Positions 1 to 8,769 of a DNA stretch of 58,378 bases are shown here, piece after piece (within the stretch, counting starts at the first letter, position 1; each line of letters opens with the position of its first letter). The notes beneath the pieces were generated by a model that was not told where the DNA came from, did no database searches, and saw only the letters and a list, made by a program, of their open reading frames with translations. A program made the position numbers and the translations under genes. This DNA is from a virus (lineage: Duplodnaviria > Caudoviricetes). Where the stretch lies: the IMG/VR virus record IMGVR_UViG_3300032020_000004, positions 1 to 58,378 of that record; one strand, 5' to 3'.

Positions 1-127
1 CCTGTACAATCGTCAGGGCACAGGAGGGAACGGCAGCGATTGCCCACTCAGCAGGAGTGAGGGTAGCCCTCGATGTTACAGCTAAACAAGTTACCGATTT
101 GAACAGTGCTGTAAATACACTTGAAGG
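1..127. repeat. 127-bp exact direct repeat, copy 1 (circularisation or assembly-graph junction)
   Basis: CCTGTACAATC...ACACTTGAAGG is identical to 57670-57796; the copies diverge immediately afterwards (TAAGATG vs GCTAAGT). Confidence 0.97.
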
Positions 128-674
128 TAAGATGCCCGATACCACCCATCCTGTAACTCAGGCGTTTTCTGATGCAGCGGATGAGGGAGTTGCTTCAACT
201 CTAGCTCGCATTGACCATAGGCATGGAATGCCTGCTGGTGGCGGTGCTACTATAGTCCTCAAGACTGCCGATGAAACAGTCAATAATTCCAGTGTCTTAC
301 AGAATGATGACCACCTCTTACTGGCTATGGCTGCTAATGAAGCCTGGGTTATAGACATAATTCTCTATTACCTAAGTGTTTCAGCTACCCCCGATATAAA
401 ATGTGATGCAGCCATTCCCAATGGTGCTTCAGGAGCGTATGTAGCTTGGGGCTTGGATTACGCTAATGCAGTTTATACTGCAGCTACTGCTATTGGGACT
501 ACCTGTGCCTTTGGTGCTACGGCTGGAGTACTAAGGGTTGCAAGGATAACTTATGTAGTGGTAAATGGTGCTACTGCGGGCAACTTTCAGTTTCAATGGG
601 CGCAAAGAACGGCTACGGCTGAGGATACTACAATGAAAACTAATTCATGTCTTATCGCCCACCAAGTTGCTTAG
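3..674 (+). CDS. Virion fibre-like protein, C-terminus variant A (frame open from the left edge; N-terminus at 57477 when circularised, ~288 aa)
   Basis: Frame continues TCTIVRAQEGTAAIAHSAG from the ORF starting at 57477; beta-rich C-terminal domain (KTADETVNNS...FQFQWAQ) typical of phage fibre tips. Confidence 0.75.
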   Translation, partial: CTIVRAQEGTAAIAHSAGVRVALDVTAKQVTDLNSAVNTLEGKMPDTTHPVTQAFSDAADEGVASTLARIDHRHGMPAGGGATIVLKTADETVNNSSVLQNDDHLLLAMAANEAWVIDIILYYLSVSATPDIKCDAAIPNGASGAYVAWGLDYANAVYTAATAIGTTCAFGATAGVLRVARITYVVVNGATAGNFQFQWAQRTATAEDTTMKTNSCLIAHQVA

Positions 675-682
675 GAGATAAA

Positions 683-778
683 ATGCCAGAAGTAAAACAG
701 CATTACGATAACCGAGAGGAAAGACAAGACCTGGTAACTATGTATGAAGCTCAAGGCTACAGGATGCTAAGACAATGA
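683..778 (+). pseudogene. Truncated N-terminal remnant of a homologue of the 1271-1684 gene
   Basis: AGGAG RBS; MPEVKQHYDNREERQDLVTMYEAQGYRMLRQ* resembles MEIKVKYNGLNDRQIKIMEQEANKLRML; its stop overlaps the endonuclease ATG (ATGA). Confidence 0.55.
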
Positions 779-1293
779 AAAGAACAGATTTAGCTTACTA
801 TGCAGGGTTATTTGATGGTGAAGGTTGTGTTCAATTACGCCCGCATAAACGTTCAGGGAAGACTTGGGCTCTATATGTATCAATAGCATCCACAAATGAA
901 TGGATTATTCAACAGCTTAAATTTAGCTTTGGTGGCTCACTCTCAAAAAAGAAATGGAAGAATCCGAATTGGAAACCTGCCTTCATTTGGGGTGTATCTT
1001 CAAAGGATGCACTTACTTTTCTTGAGGCTGTTTACCCCTATCTTAAACTTAAAAAACCACAAGCAGAAATAGCAATTCGGTTCCAGAAACATAAGATTAT
1101 TGGAGCAGAAATAGCAATTCGGTTCCAGAAACATAAGATTATTGGAGCAGAAATAGCAATTCGGTTCCAGAAACATAAGATTATTGGATGTGCTCACAAG
1201 CCAGAATACTTTGATATTGAGCGTGAATTGCGGGAAGCAGTTACGAGATTAAACCAAAGAGGAATGGCAAATGGAAATAAAAGTAAAATATAA
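775..1293 (+). CDS. LAGLIDADG homing endonuclease
   Basis: LAYYAGLFDGEG motif and PYLKLKKPQAE tail. Confidence 0.92.
   Translation: MKRTDLAYYAGLFDGEGCVQLRPHKRSGKTWALYVSIASTNEWIIQQLKFSFGGSLSKKKWKNPNWKPAFIWGVSSKDALTFLEAVYPYLKLKKPQAEIAIRFQKHKIIGAEIAIRFQKHKIIGAEIAIRFQKHKIIGCAHKPEYFDIERELREAVTRLNQRGMANGNKSKI
1063..1188 (+). repeat. 3 x 42-bp perfect in-frame tandem repeat
   Basis: GCAGAAATAGCAATTCGGTTCCAGAAACATAAGATTATTGGA x3, encoding AEIAIRFQKHKIIG x3. Confidence 0.97.
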
Positions 1294-1684
1294 TGGGTTG
1301 AACGATAGGCAAATCAAAATTATGGAACAAGAGGCTAACAAACTGAGAATGTTGCACGACGACTTTGACGCCGACTGGAAACGGGGTGATGAGCCTCACG
1401 GCACAATGACCTTTACTGATGAGCCCGAGCCAGCCCCGTTACCTATTGAACCATCGCTCTCAACTCATATTGCTACTCTAGTGGCTATAAATGCAACCAA
1501 AGCTAGACCAGCAAAAATTAAAAGAGTATGGGAAGGCAGAGATTATTTTTATGATTGCTTTGCTACTCAAACAGTAAAGGATGAGTTTATCGCTGGCAAG
1601 ATAGCAATCGGTGATTATGTTCTAGTTCACTTTGATGATATAGGAGAACAGATAGTAACGGCAAAGGTGTTTAAGTCTTGGTAG
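1271..1684 (+). CDS. Hypothetical fibre-associated protein
   Basis: 137-aa ORF with RBS, downstream of the fibre gene. Confidence 0.7.
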   Translation: MEIKVKYNGLNDRQIKIMEQEANKLRMLHDDFDADWKRGDEPHGTMTFTDEPEPAPLPIEPSLSTHIATLVAINATKARPAKIKRVWEGRDYFYDCFATQTVKDEFIAGKIAIGDYVLVHFDDIGEQIVTAKVFKSW

Positions 1685-1698
1685 GGGAGATAGAATAA

Positions 1699-3405
1699 GT
1701 GTCTGCTTTTGATGAGTTTTATTTTGATCAGCTTGCCTTTGGAGAGGGTGTCACTGCGCCAGTTCAGACAATATCTGATGCCGGAGCCATAGCATCCTTG
1801 GAAGCATTCGGTACACTCAAAGCTAATTTTGGGCTATCTCCTTCTGGGATTGCTTCGCTAGAGGCGATTGGAAGCCAGAAATTGAACTTTGCTTTGGCTG
1901 CTTCGGCAATAGTATCGCAGGAAGCAGTTGGCTCGCACCAGCTTAATTTTGCGATAGATGCCTCAGCTATTGCCTCTGAGGAGGCTTTTGGCACGTTAAA
2001 GCTGCTGGCTTATCTGCTACCGTCGGGTATTGCTAGTGCTGAAGCTCTCGGTACAGCGAGTGTCGTTTATATCATAAGCCCCAGTGGGATTAGCAGTCTT
2101 GAGACGCTGGGTAGCCCGAAGTTGAACTTTGTTGTTTTTCCCAGTGGGATAGTAAGCTCAGAAGCTCTTGGTAGTCCACAGCTGAATTTTATATTGCCGC
2201 TGACAGGCATTGCCAGTGGTGAAGCCTTTGGTGCAGCAAAGATGCTTTTGTATCTGTTGCCGAGTAGTATCACCAGTGGTGAAGTGATAGGTACAGCCAG
2301 TGTCATTCCGATTATAGCTCCGTTAGGTATATCGTCAGCCGAGGCATTAGGATCTCCGCAACTGAATCTGGCGCTTGCCTTGACTGGCATTGCTTCAGGA
2401 GAAGCCTTTGGTGCTGCTAAGCTGTTGCTGTACCTGTTGCCATCTGGTATTGAATCGGCTGAGGGTTTTGGGGCAGCTAAGCTGGTGCTGTATCTGCTAC
2501 CCAGTTCTATTGATAGCGCTGAGGCGCTTGGTAGTCCCCGGCTAAACTTTGTTTTACTTCCGTCTGGGATTAGTTCAGCAGAATCTCTAGGTAGGCCGCA
2601 AGTCAATTTCATTGTGATAGCATCTGGCATAAGTTCAGTGGAGGCATTTGGCACGGCTGAGCTGATACAGGAATTGTTTTTAAGTCCGGCTGGTATCGCT
2701 TCGACAGAGGCGTTTGGCACCGCTAAGTTATTGTTGTATCTGTTGCCGGGTGGCATAGGCAGCGCAGAGGCGTTTGGCACAGCTAGAATTAGCCTGTATA
2801 TTGTTCCATCGGGCATAGCCTCATTGGAAGCCCTAGGCAGCCCGCAATTTAATTTCAGCATATTAGCAGTCGGCATACCCAGTGAGGAGACATTCGGGGT
2901 GTCAAAGTTCATATTCTATTTGCTACCATCCGGCATTGGCACTGCTGAGGCCCTGGGGACTCCGTCGCTTTCAGTTATGATATTGCCAGTCGGCATAGCT
3001 TCTGAGGAGGCTTTGGGCACAGCCAAGATGGCACTTTATGTGCTGCCGGCTGGGATAGCCAGCCTGGAAGCCCTGAGCAGCCCATCGATAGTAACTCTGC
3101 AGTTTATAGTTCCGACTGGTATAGCCAGTGCTGAAGTATTTGGTGCGCTGGCGGTTTTACTTTCGATGCTGCAGACTATAGCTCCGGAGGGCATTGTTTC
3201 AGCAGAAGCCTTCGGCGCAGCAATTATAGAGGCTTGGGGTTCAGCAATAGTCTATGCTCTTAAAAACAGCTTCTTAGTATATCAGGACAAGAGGTTAGCT
3301 GAAGCCCTTATGCACAGTAGGTTACTGGATGTTTTCCAGCACGATAGACAGCTGAAAACATACCTGCATGACAGAACTAGAACTGTTTATGCGAGGCAGC
3401 CATGA
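1699..3405 (+). CDS. Repetitive virion fibre/solenoid protein, ~24 x 20-aa repeats PxGIxSxEAxG
   Basis: 60-nt periodicity is visible in the DNA; lies in the structural module. Confidence 0.75.
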   Translation: MSAFDEFYFDQLAFGEGVTAPVQTISDAGAIASLEAFGTLKANFGLSPSGIASLEAIGSQKLNFALAASAIVSQEAVGSHQLNFAIDASAIASEEAFGTLKLLAYLLPSGIASAEALGTASVVYIISPSGISSLETLGSPKLNFVVFPSGIVSSEALGSPQLNFILPLTGIASGEAFGAAKMLLYLLPSSITSGEVIGTASVIPIIAPLGISSAEALGSPQLNLALALTGIASGEAFGAAKLLLYLLPSGIESAEGFGAAKLVLYLLPSSIDSAEALGSPRLNFVLLPSGISSAESLGRPQVNFIVIASGISSVEAFGTAELIQELFLSPAGIASTEAFGTAKLLLYLLPGGIGSAEAFGTARISLYIVPSGIASLEALGSPQFNFSILAVGIPSEETFGVSKFIFYLLPSGIGTAEALGTPSLSVMILPVGIASEEALGTAKMALYVLPAGIASLEALSSPSIVTLQFIVPTGIASAEVFGALAVLLSMLQTIAPEGIVSAEAFGAAIIEAWGSAIVYALKNSFLVYQDKRLAEALMHSRLLDVFQHDRQLKTYLHDRTRTVYARQP

Positions 3406-3734
3406 AAGTTACAGAAGATGTCCGCGTAAAAGCCGGCCATTACGGCTATAATGAAACATTTTACTATAAGGATAGTGATGGAAATGTCGTCGAGTTGAAT
3501 GACTATACGGCAAAATTCAAAGTGTGGCCTGCTGGTGTTCCGGATGATCTTCTAGTCGAAGGCAGCTGTGATATTCCTGACCCTGACAATGGCGTTCTGC
3601 AGTATGCTGTCCAGGAAGGCGATTTTGAAGCAGATGATGTTGGCAAGGATTGGAAGTATGAGATAGAGATAAGCAAGGATGGGGTGGTCGACGGCTGTAT
3701 AACAGGCAATCTTTTTGTGGAGGAGAGCGGCTAA
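3402..3734 (+). CDS. BppU-like N-terminal-domain virion protein
   Basis: VELNDYTAKF...GVLQYAVQEGDF...YEIEI pattern; ATGA overlap with upstream gene. Confidence 0.55.
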   Translation: MKVTEDVRVKAGHYGYNETFYYKDSDGNVVELNDYTAKFKVWPAGVPDDLLVEGSCDIPDPDNGVLQYAVQEGDFEADDVGKDWKYEIEISKDGVVDGCITGNLFVEESG

Positions 3735-4282
3735 TGGCAGTAAGTGAGTATACGTACGGCACAGTAGCTCTAGTGGAAAGCCGTGTCGGGTGGGTGGTTT
3801 CAGGACGGACAGGTTTCAGTGGTGATACTGTCCCGACAATAACTGAGGTTGAGGCAGTGCTGGACCAGGTAGCTGCTGAGATTCATGCTGTCCTGCTGCA
3901 GAATGGTTATCCGGCGGATACGAAGGCGAATATTACGACTAATGCTCCGCGGGCAGTTGCCTGGCTTGAAAGGTTGAATGTAGCCGGTGCTTGTGCTGAT
4001 ATATTGCAGGGCTTTCCGGTTGCTGGTGATGAGGAGAGTGGCTACAGTCCTGAGAGGTTCTGGAGTAAAATCTATGAGAATGGTAAGAAGCTGATCGCAG
4101 GGTCGTTCCTAGAGCGCATGGGTTTGGCTAAGAGCTATGAGATAAGTGACATGCTGGTCAGCACCAGCTTGGAGGATGATGAGGGCAATAAGAAGGAGCC
4201 GTTGTTCAAGCGTGGCATGTGGGGGTATCCTGGCAATCAGGTTGGGATATTCCCGGATGAAGATATCAGTTATGGAGAGTGA
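3734..4282 (+). CDS. Head-tail adaptor protein
   Basis: YGTVALV N-terminus, helical AEIHAVL...GY segment; start of the neck gene cluster. Confidence 0.6.
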   Translation: MAVSEYTYGTVALVESRVGWVVSGRTGFSGDTVPTITEVEAVLDQVAAEIHAVLLQNGYPADTKANITTNAPRAVAWLERLNVAGACADILQGFPVAGDEESGYSPERFWSKIYENGKKLIAGSFLERMGLAKSYEISDMLVSTSLEDDEGNKKEPLFKRGMWGYPGNQVGIFPDEDISYGE

Positions 4283-4825
4283 TTGATGCCGAAGGCGGAA
4301 CCTTTTGTAGAAATTGAGCTGAAAAACTTTGATGAGTTCAGCAAGAACTTGGGCAAAGCCAAGGAGTATATGTTTGTTGCTCTCAATGAGGCGTTGAGAA
4401 AGGCCGGCGACCTGCTCACGCCCAAGATAAGGGAAGCCACACCGGTAGGAGCTACTCACAAGCTGCGTAATGTTACAGTCTATCAGATACTAGGTAAGAC
4501 TGAGGATATGAGGTGTGAGATCCGCCAATCAGCTTTTTCGTCAACCGGTTTCCCTTATGGTGTAGCTGTCCGGCATGGGACAAGGCCGCATTTCCCGCCG
4601 ATTGAGGCTCTGATACCGTGGGTGAGAGCAAAGCTGGCTGTATCTGAGGAGCGTGTCAGGAGTGTAGCGTTTCTCGTTGCTCGAAAGATAAGTCGTGTTG
4701 GCACGAAGCCGAATCCGTATCACGTGAGAGTGTTTGAGAGTAATGTTGGTGAGTTGAAGAGTATCATGGAAGAGGCCAATGTCAAGTTTGTGGTGCAGCT
4801 TGGTGATATACCGGAGGTGCATTAG
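4283..4825 (+). CDS. HK97 gp10-like tail-completion/neck protein
   Basis: ATPVGATHKLR, YGVAVRHGTRPHFPP and GTKPNPY motifs. Confidence 0.8.
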   Translation: MMPKAEPFVEIELKNFDEFSKNLGKAKEYMFVALNEALRKAGDLLTPKIREATPVGATHKLRNVTVYQILGKTEDMRCEIRQSAFSSTGFPYGVAVRHGTRPHFPPIEALIPWVRAKLAVSEERVRSVAFLVARKISRVGTKPNPYHVRVFESNVGELKSIMEEANVKFVVQLGDIPEVH

Positions 4826-5232
4826 TGGCATTAGTTCAGTATTCGGCAATCAGGACGGCAATCAAGGAAGCGTTGGATGACATCGATGGGCTGTCGAATC
4901 ATAAGGAGGAGCCGGATGCGATTCCGAAGGTGCCGTTTAGTATTCTGGGTAGCGGCACGATAGACTACAGCACTGATATGGGCGGTGGCCATGATATTAC
5001 TTTCAGGCTGTTTATGGCTGTCAGTGAGGCTACGTCAGAAGATTCGTTCGCGGCGCTGGACGATTATTTGGCATCGACCGGTGATAAGAGCATTAAGGCT
5101 GCTATTGAAGCAGCTACAATCGGCAATGGCTATGCAGCGGTCCGGCGTGTCGAAAATGTTGGCCATGTCAGATACCGAGAAAGAACATTTGTCGGCGCCG
5201 AGTTTATTATTGCTGTTGCGAGTGGAGGATAG
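4825..5232 (+). CDS. Tail terminator protein
   Basis: Position between the gp10-like and tube genes; LDDYLASTGDKSIKAAIE motif. Confidence 0.65.
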   Translation: MALVQYSAIRTAIKEALDDIDGLSNHKEEPDAIPKVPFSILGSGTIDYSTDMGGGHDITFRLFMAVSEATSEDSFAALDDYLASTGDKSIKAAIEAATIGNGYAAVRRVENVGHVRYRERTFVGAEFIIAVASGG

Positions 5233-5234
5233 GG

Positions 5235-5564
5235 ATGAGAAAGCGTAGGAGCCCAAACCAGGCAGTTAAAAGCATTAAGCCAATGGAAGATACCCTTGGC
5301 CCGGGTGAGGTAAAGGTTGTTGCAAAGGTTAAGATGCTGCTGAACTATGGTAGGTTAGCGGTGAAGCCTGGCACTGTAATCGTTCTTGGCCCCGAGGACA
5401 GAAAGCAGGGTATCAATATTGACCTGCTGCTCAGGAATAGAGCTGTCGTTCCTTTTGAGTCTGAGGAGCAGGCCGCTAAGATTGGTAGGGAAGGAGAGGA
5501 GGCTGGTAAGGAGCGTGAGACAGTTAAAATAATAAGCAGCAAAGTAAAGCGTGGAAGGAGGTGA
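5235..5564 (+). CDS. Hypothetical protein
   Basis: 109-aa ORF filling the operon, GGAGG RBS. Confidence 0.6.
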   Translation: MRKRRSPNQAVKSIKPMEDTLGPGEVKVVAKVKMLLNYGRLAVKPGTVIVLGPEDRKQGINIDLLLRNRAVVPFESEEQAAKIGREGEEAGKERETVKIISSKVKRGRR

Positions 5565-5570
5565 TCGTAA

Positions 5571-6314
5571 ATGGCTAGAGTTGCAGGCAAAAACACGAAG
5601 GTCTATGTGGATGAGTTCGACTTTTCAGGTAAGATATCGACCGGTGAGATGACAGTTGATGTTAATTTACCGGAGGTTACGTCATTCGATGATACTGGCA
5701 GCACGTTTGTCGAGGGATTGCCAACGGCTTCGATAACGCAGAATGGGTTTTTTGATGCAGAGGCTGGTGGCTTCGATGAAGAGATGTGGGCCGATATTGT
5801 CAGCGGCGTTCTGCATCTTGTCGGGCTGTACCCGGGCAACAGTGCAGCACAGGAAGGGAAAGGGTATGAGATTCAAGCGATGCCCAAAAGTAATGCCAGA
5901 CCGATTGAAATAGCCGGGGCTGTATTATTAAATGTAACCTGGCAGGGTTCAGGAGCTGTTGTAAGGTCTACTGTGCTGTGTAATGGTGCTGTGGTAGGCA
6001 CCGGTGCTGTGTCCGACAGTAACCAGAATGTTGGAGCGACAGTCGCTGGCGAGAGGTTTGTGGCGATATTAAGAGTGCTGGAGGTAGATGGCACAGGCTC
6101 GATAACAGTGCAGGTGCAGGAGAGTCAGAATGATGGCGACCCCGATACCTACGCCGAACTGCTCACGTTTACAGCAGCCACAGGTGTAACGTCAGAGAGA
6201 AAGACGACAATCCTTGCTACTGAGGCATGGAAAAGAGTTTATGTTACTGCCTTTTCAGGCTTTACCTCGGTGACAATCCTGGTCGTGGTGGGCAAGGAGC
6301 AGGGAGTGTCCTGA
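5571..6314 (+). CDS. Tail tube-like protein with extra C-terminal beta domain
   Basis: N-terminal ~130 aa is paralogous to 6360-6770 (EMTVDVNLxEVTxFxD..GxTFVEGLPT). Confidence 0.7.
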   Translation: MARVAGKNTKVYVDEFDFSGKISTGEMTVDVNLPEVTSFDDTGSTFVEGLPTASITQNGFFDAEAGGFDEEMWADIVSGVLHLVGLYPGNSAAQEGKGYEIQAMPKSNARPIEIAGAVLLNVTWQGSGAVVRSTVLCNGAVVGTGAVSDSNQNVGATVAGERFVAILRVLEVDGTGSITVQVQESQNDGDPDTYAELLTFTAATGVTSERKTTILATEAWKRVYVTAFSGFTSVTILVVVGKEQGVS

Positions 6315-6359
6315 TGAAGATATATTCTAGGTCAGTAAAAATTAGGAGGAGGTGTTAAG

Positions 6360-6770
6360 ATGGCGAGAATAGCAGGGAAGGATGCCAATTTTAGCTTCGG
6401 TGGACCCCAGATTGAGGATGAGCTGAACAGCATCGAGATGACAGTTGATGTCAACCTGGTTGAAGTAACGACGTTTGGTGATGCAGCCGGGACATTCGTA
6501 GAGGGTCTGCCTACTGGCTCATTCAGCGTCAGCGGTTTTGCTGATTTCGATGCCAGTCAGGGCGATGCAACAATCTTTGGGCAGATTGGTTCGGGTGACA
6601 CAGCCTTTGTTTTCCAGCCCACCGGTGCCAGTCCGAATACGAATGACCCGAACTACACTGGCCAAGCGTTTGTTAAGTCCTACCGCATCCGAGCTGAAGT
6701 TGGTGGTGCTGTGAGTTACACTGCAGACTTCCAGGTAACAGGCGAAATAACCAGAGGCACAACGCCGTAA
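6360..6770 (+). CDS. Major tail tube protein
   Basis: Siphovirus tube motifs (EVTTFGD, VSYTADFQVTG); strong AGGAGG RBS; precedes the chaperone and tape-measure genes. Confidence 0.85.
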   Translation: MARIAGKDANFSFGGPQIEDELNSIEMTVDVNLVEVTTFGDAAGTFVEGLPTGSFSVSGFADFDASQGDATIFGQIGSGDTAFVFQPTGASPNTNDPNYTGQAFVKSYRIRAEVGGAVSYTADFQVTGEITRGTTP

Positions 6771-6771
6771 A

Positions 6772-6794
6772 TAAGAGAGGCGAAGCCTCTCTTA
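6772..6794 (+). promoter_or_regulatory. Perfect hairpin between the tube and chaperone genes (attenuator or mRNA-stabilising stem)
   Basis: TAAGAGAGGC-GAA-GCCTCTCTTA. Confidence 0.6.
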
Positions 6795-6804
6795 GGAGGA
6801 TAGT

Positions 6805-7239
6805 ATGAAGCCTAAGATACCGCTAAAGCGGGTAGATTCCAGCAATTGCGTCGTTTATGTAGGACGCAGGATAGCCGGTGGAAAGGTGGTTGAGGCGGGA
6901 ACGCCATATAAAGTCCATGAAGGTGAGTGGGTGGATATTCTGCCTGTGACATCTGTCGGGGAGCTAATTGCGTTTGGCGAGATGGCAGCTAGCAGCTCAA
7001 AGGTGACCAAAGAGAAAAAGCTCTTGAGTCTCGGTAGCAAAATGGGCATGGCGTTTGAATCGGTGGTGCAGCGAGTAGCGCAACGGGTTTATGATTGGAA
7101 CTGGACAGATATAGAAGGCAAGCGGTTACCGAATCCACATAATAATCCGGATGTGATACGCTCTCTGTCAACCGATGAATTGGTGTGGCTTGCGAACCAG
7201 GCAGAATATGAGACTGAGATAGAAAGAAAAAACGCCTGA
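6805..7239 (+). CDS. Tail assembly chaperone (gpG-like)
   Basis: VYDWNWTDIEGKRLP motif; position before the tape-measure gene. Confidence 0.8.
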   Translation: MKPKIPLKRVDSSNCVVYVGRRIAGGKVVEAGTPYKVHEGEWVDILPVTSVGELIAFGEMAASSSKVTKEKKLLSLGSKMGMAFESVVQRVAQRVYDWNWTDIEGKRLPNPHNNPDVIRSLSTDELVWLANQAEYETEIERKNA

Positions 7240-7508
7240 AGGCCCTTGCTCTGCATGTGTTGAAGGGAGGGCCTGAGCCTGGTGAGGCGTTGATTGATGT
7301 GATATGCAGGAATTTTAACTGCACACCAGATGTAGCGCTGCAACAGGATATGAGGCTAGTTGTACCAGTGCTGGAGTATAGAATAGCTAAAGAAGCTCAA
7401 GCGATGATGAACGATACAGAGCATGGGATGACAGAGATGGCGAAGCATCCTGCACTGGTGGAGTTCTGGAAGCTATTGTGCGATTTGGGGGAGGAAGATG
7501 GCGACTGA
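7227..7508 (+). CDS. Tail assembly chaperone -1 frameshift extension (gpT-like)
   Basis: Slippery heptamer A AAA AAC at 7227-7233 just before the chaperone stop; the -1 frame is open to 7508. Confidence 0.8.
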   Translation, partial: KKRLKALALHVLKGGPEPGEALIDVICRNFNCTPDVALQQDMRLVVPVLEYRIAKEAQAMMNDTEHGMTEMAKHPALVEFWKLLCDLGEEDGD

Positions 7509-8769
7509 AGCAGAACTGGTTGCTGTAATCAAGGCTAGAGATGAAGCCTCGGCTAAGATACGAGACATAGGTGTATCTGTTGATGCTATGTCCAAAAAGT
7601 TCTTGCTGGCCGGGGGTATTATGGTTGGGTTCGCCGGTGCCTTGGCTGGTGGTATATTCAAGCTAACTCAGTCTTATGCTAAAGCCGGTGAGGCAGTGTT
7701 AAATATGGCCGCAAAGACAGGTTTCAGCACACAGATGCTGTCGAAACTTAAATATGCAGCTGAGCAGTCAGGTGCCAGTCTCGGGGTGATCCAGTCTGCG
7801 TATCGCACAATGGCCCGGCAATTAGATGATGCCAGAGCAGGCTCCGAAGGAGCGCTGAAAGAATTTGAGAGATTGGGTATCGTTCTCGAGGATTTAGAGG
7901 GCTTGTCTCCTGAGGAACAGTTTATGCGTATCGCGATGGCTGTGGCTGCCATTGAAGGCCCCCTTGAGAGAGCAGCAGCTGCCCAAGCATTGTTTGGGAT
8001 GTCAGGTATGGAGTTGCTGCCGTTGTTATCTTTAGGAAAACAAGGCATTGCTGACTTGATGAACCAAGCTTCGGAATTGGGTGTTGTCTTTGACCAACTA
8101 GCTGCTGAGAAGGCCGCGGCTCTCAATGCAAAGATGACGGAGATGCAGACTGCCTTCCAAGGTGCTTCAAATTCGCTGGCTGAACAGTTTTTACCTGTGA
8201 TCACGACGTTTATTGAAAAGGTTACCTTAGTTGTTAAGGGAGTCAAAGAATGGATAGATGTGCATCCTGAATTGGCTCAATGGCTTTTATGGCTTATAGG
8301 AATAATTGGAACAGGGGGGGCGCTTTTAATAGCGTTTAATATCATCACCAATGCTATAAAGATGGCGGCGGCTGCCGTAGCAGTTCTTAAAGCTCTCATA
8401 ATGGGGCCCTGGGCTGTATTGGATATAATTGTGGCTGCCGCTGCTGCTGCAGCAGCTGTTGCATTGATTTGGAAAGGTATGGAATCAGTTGCTGGCAAAG
8501 TTCCCGAAATGCCAGCGATTCCAGCACTGCCAGGAGCGGAAAAACTGCAAGGGGGTGGCATAGTCAGGCGCCCGACTTTTGCTATGCTCGGTGAAGCAGG
8601 ACCCGAGGCGATCGTCCCTCTTTCTCGCGGCGGTATGGGCAGTACATATAATATCACTGTCCAATCTGAGGTATTTATGGGCAATGAGTCGGAGGCCAGA
8701 GACTTTGCCCAGAAGATACTTGGTTATATCAGAGAGGACCAGCGTAGAACCGTAGGTAGGGTAGCATGA
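7498..8769 (+). CDS. Tape measure protein (short, 423 aa)
   Basis: IKARDEAS N-terminus, Ala-rich helical body, GGIV..PT.A..GEAGPEAIVPL C-terminal motif. Confidence 0.9.
   Translation: MATEAELVAVIKARDEASAKIRDIGVSVDAMSKKFLLAGGIMVGFAGALAGGIFKLTQSYAKAGEAVLNMAAKTGFSTQMLSKLKYAAEQSGASLGVIQSAYRTMARQLDDARAGSEGALKEFERLGIVLEDLEGLSPEEQFMRIAMAVAAIEGPLERAAAAQALFGMSGMELLPLLSLGKQGIADLMNQASELGVVFDQLAAEKAAALNAKMTEMQTAFQGASNSLAEQFLPVITTFIEKVTLVVKGVKEWIDVHPELAQWLLWLIGIIGTGGALLIAFNIITNAIKMAAAAVAVLKALIMGPWAVLDIIVAAAAAAAAVALIWKGMESVAGKVPEMPAIPALPGAEKLQGGGIVRRPTFAMLGEAGPEAIVPLSRGGMGSTYNITVQSEVFMGNESEARDFAQKILGYIREDQRRTVGRVA

Noticed and set aside
1-127. Physical terminal direct repeat of the virion DNA
   Set aside because: The second copy is internal (582 bp follow it), lies mid-gene, and its length equals a typical assembly k-mer.
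2067-2912. Long minus-strand ORFs (also 7674-8246, 27183-27971, 43922-44595, 49418-50344, 58004-58378)
   Set aside because: They are antisense shadows of well-supported + strand genes and show no recognisable motifs.
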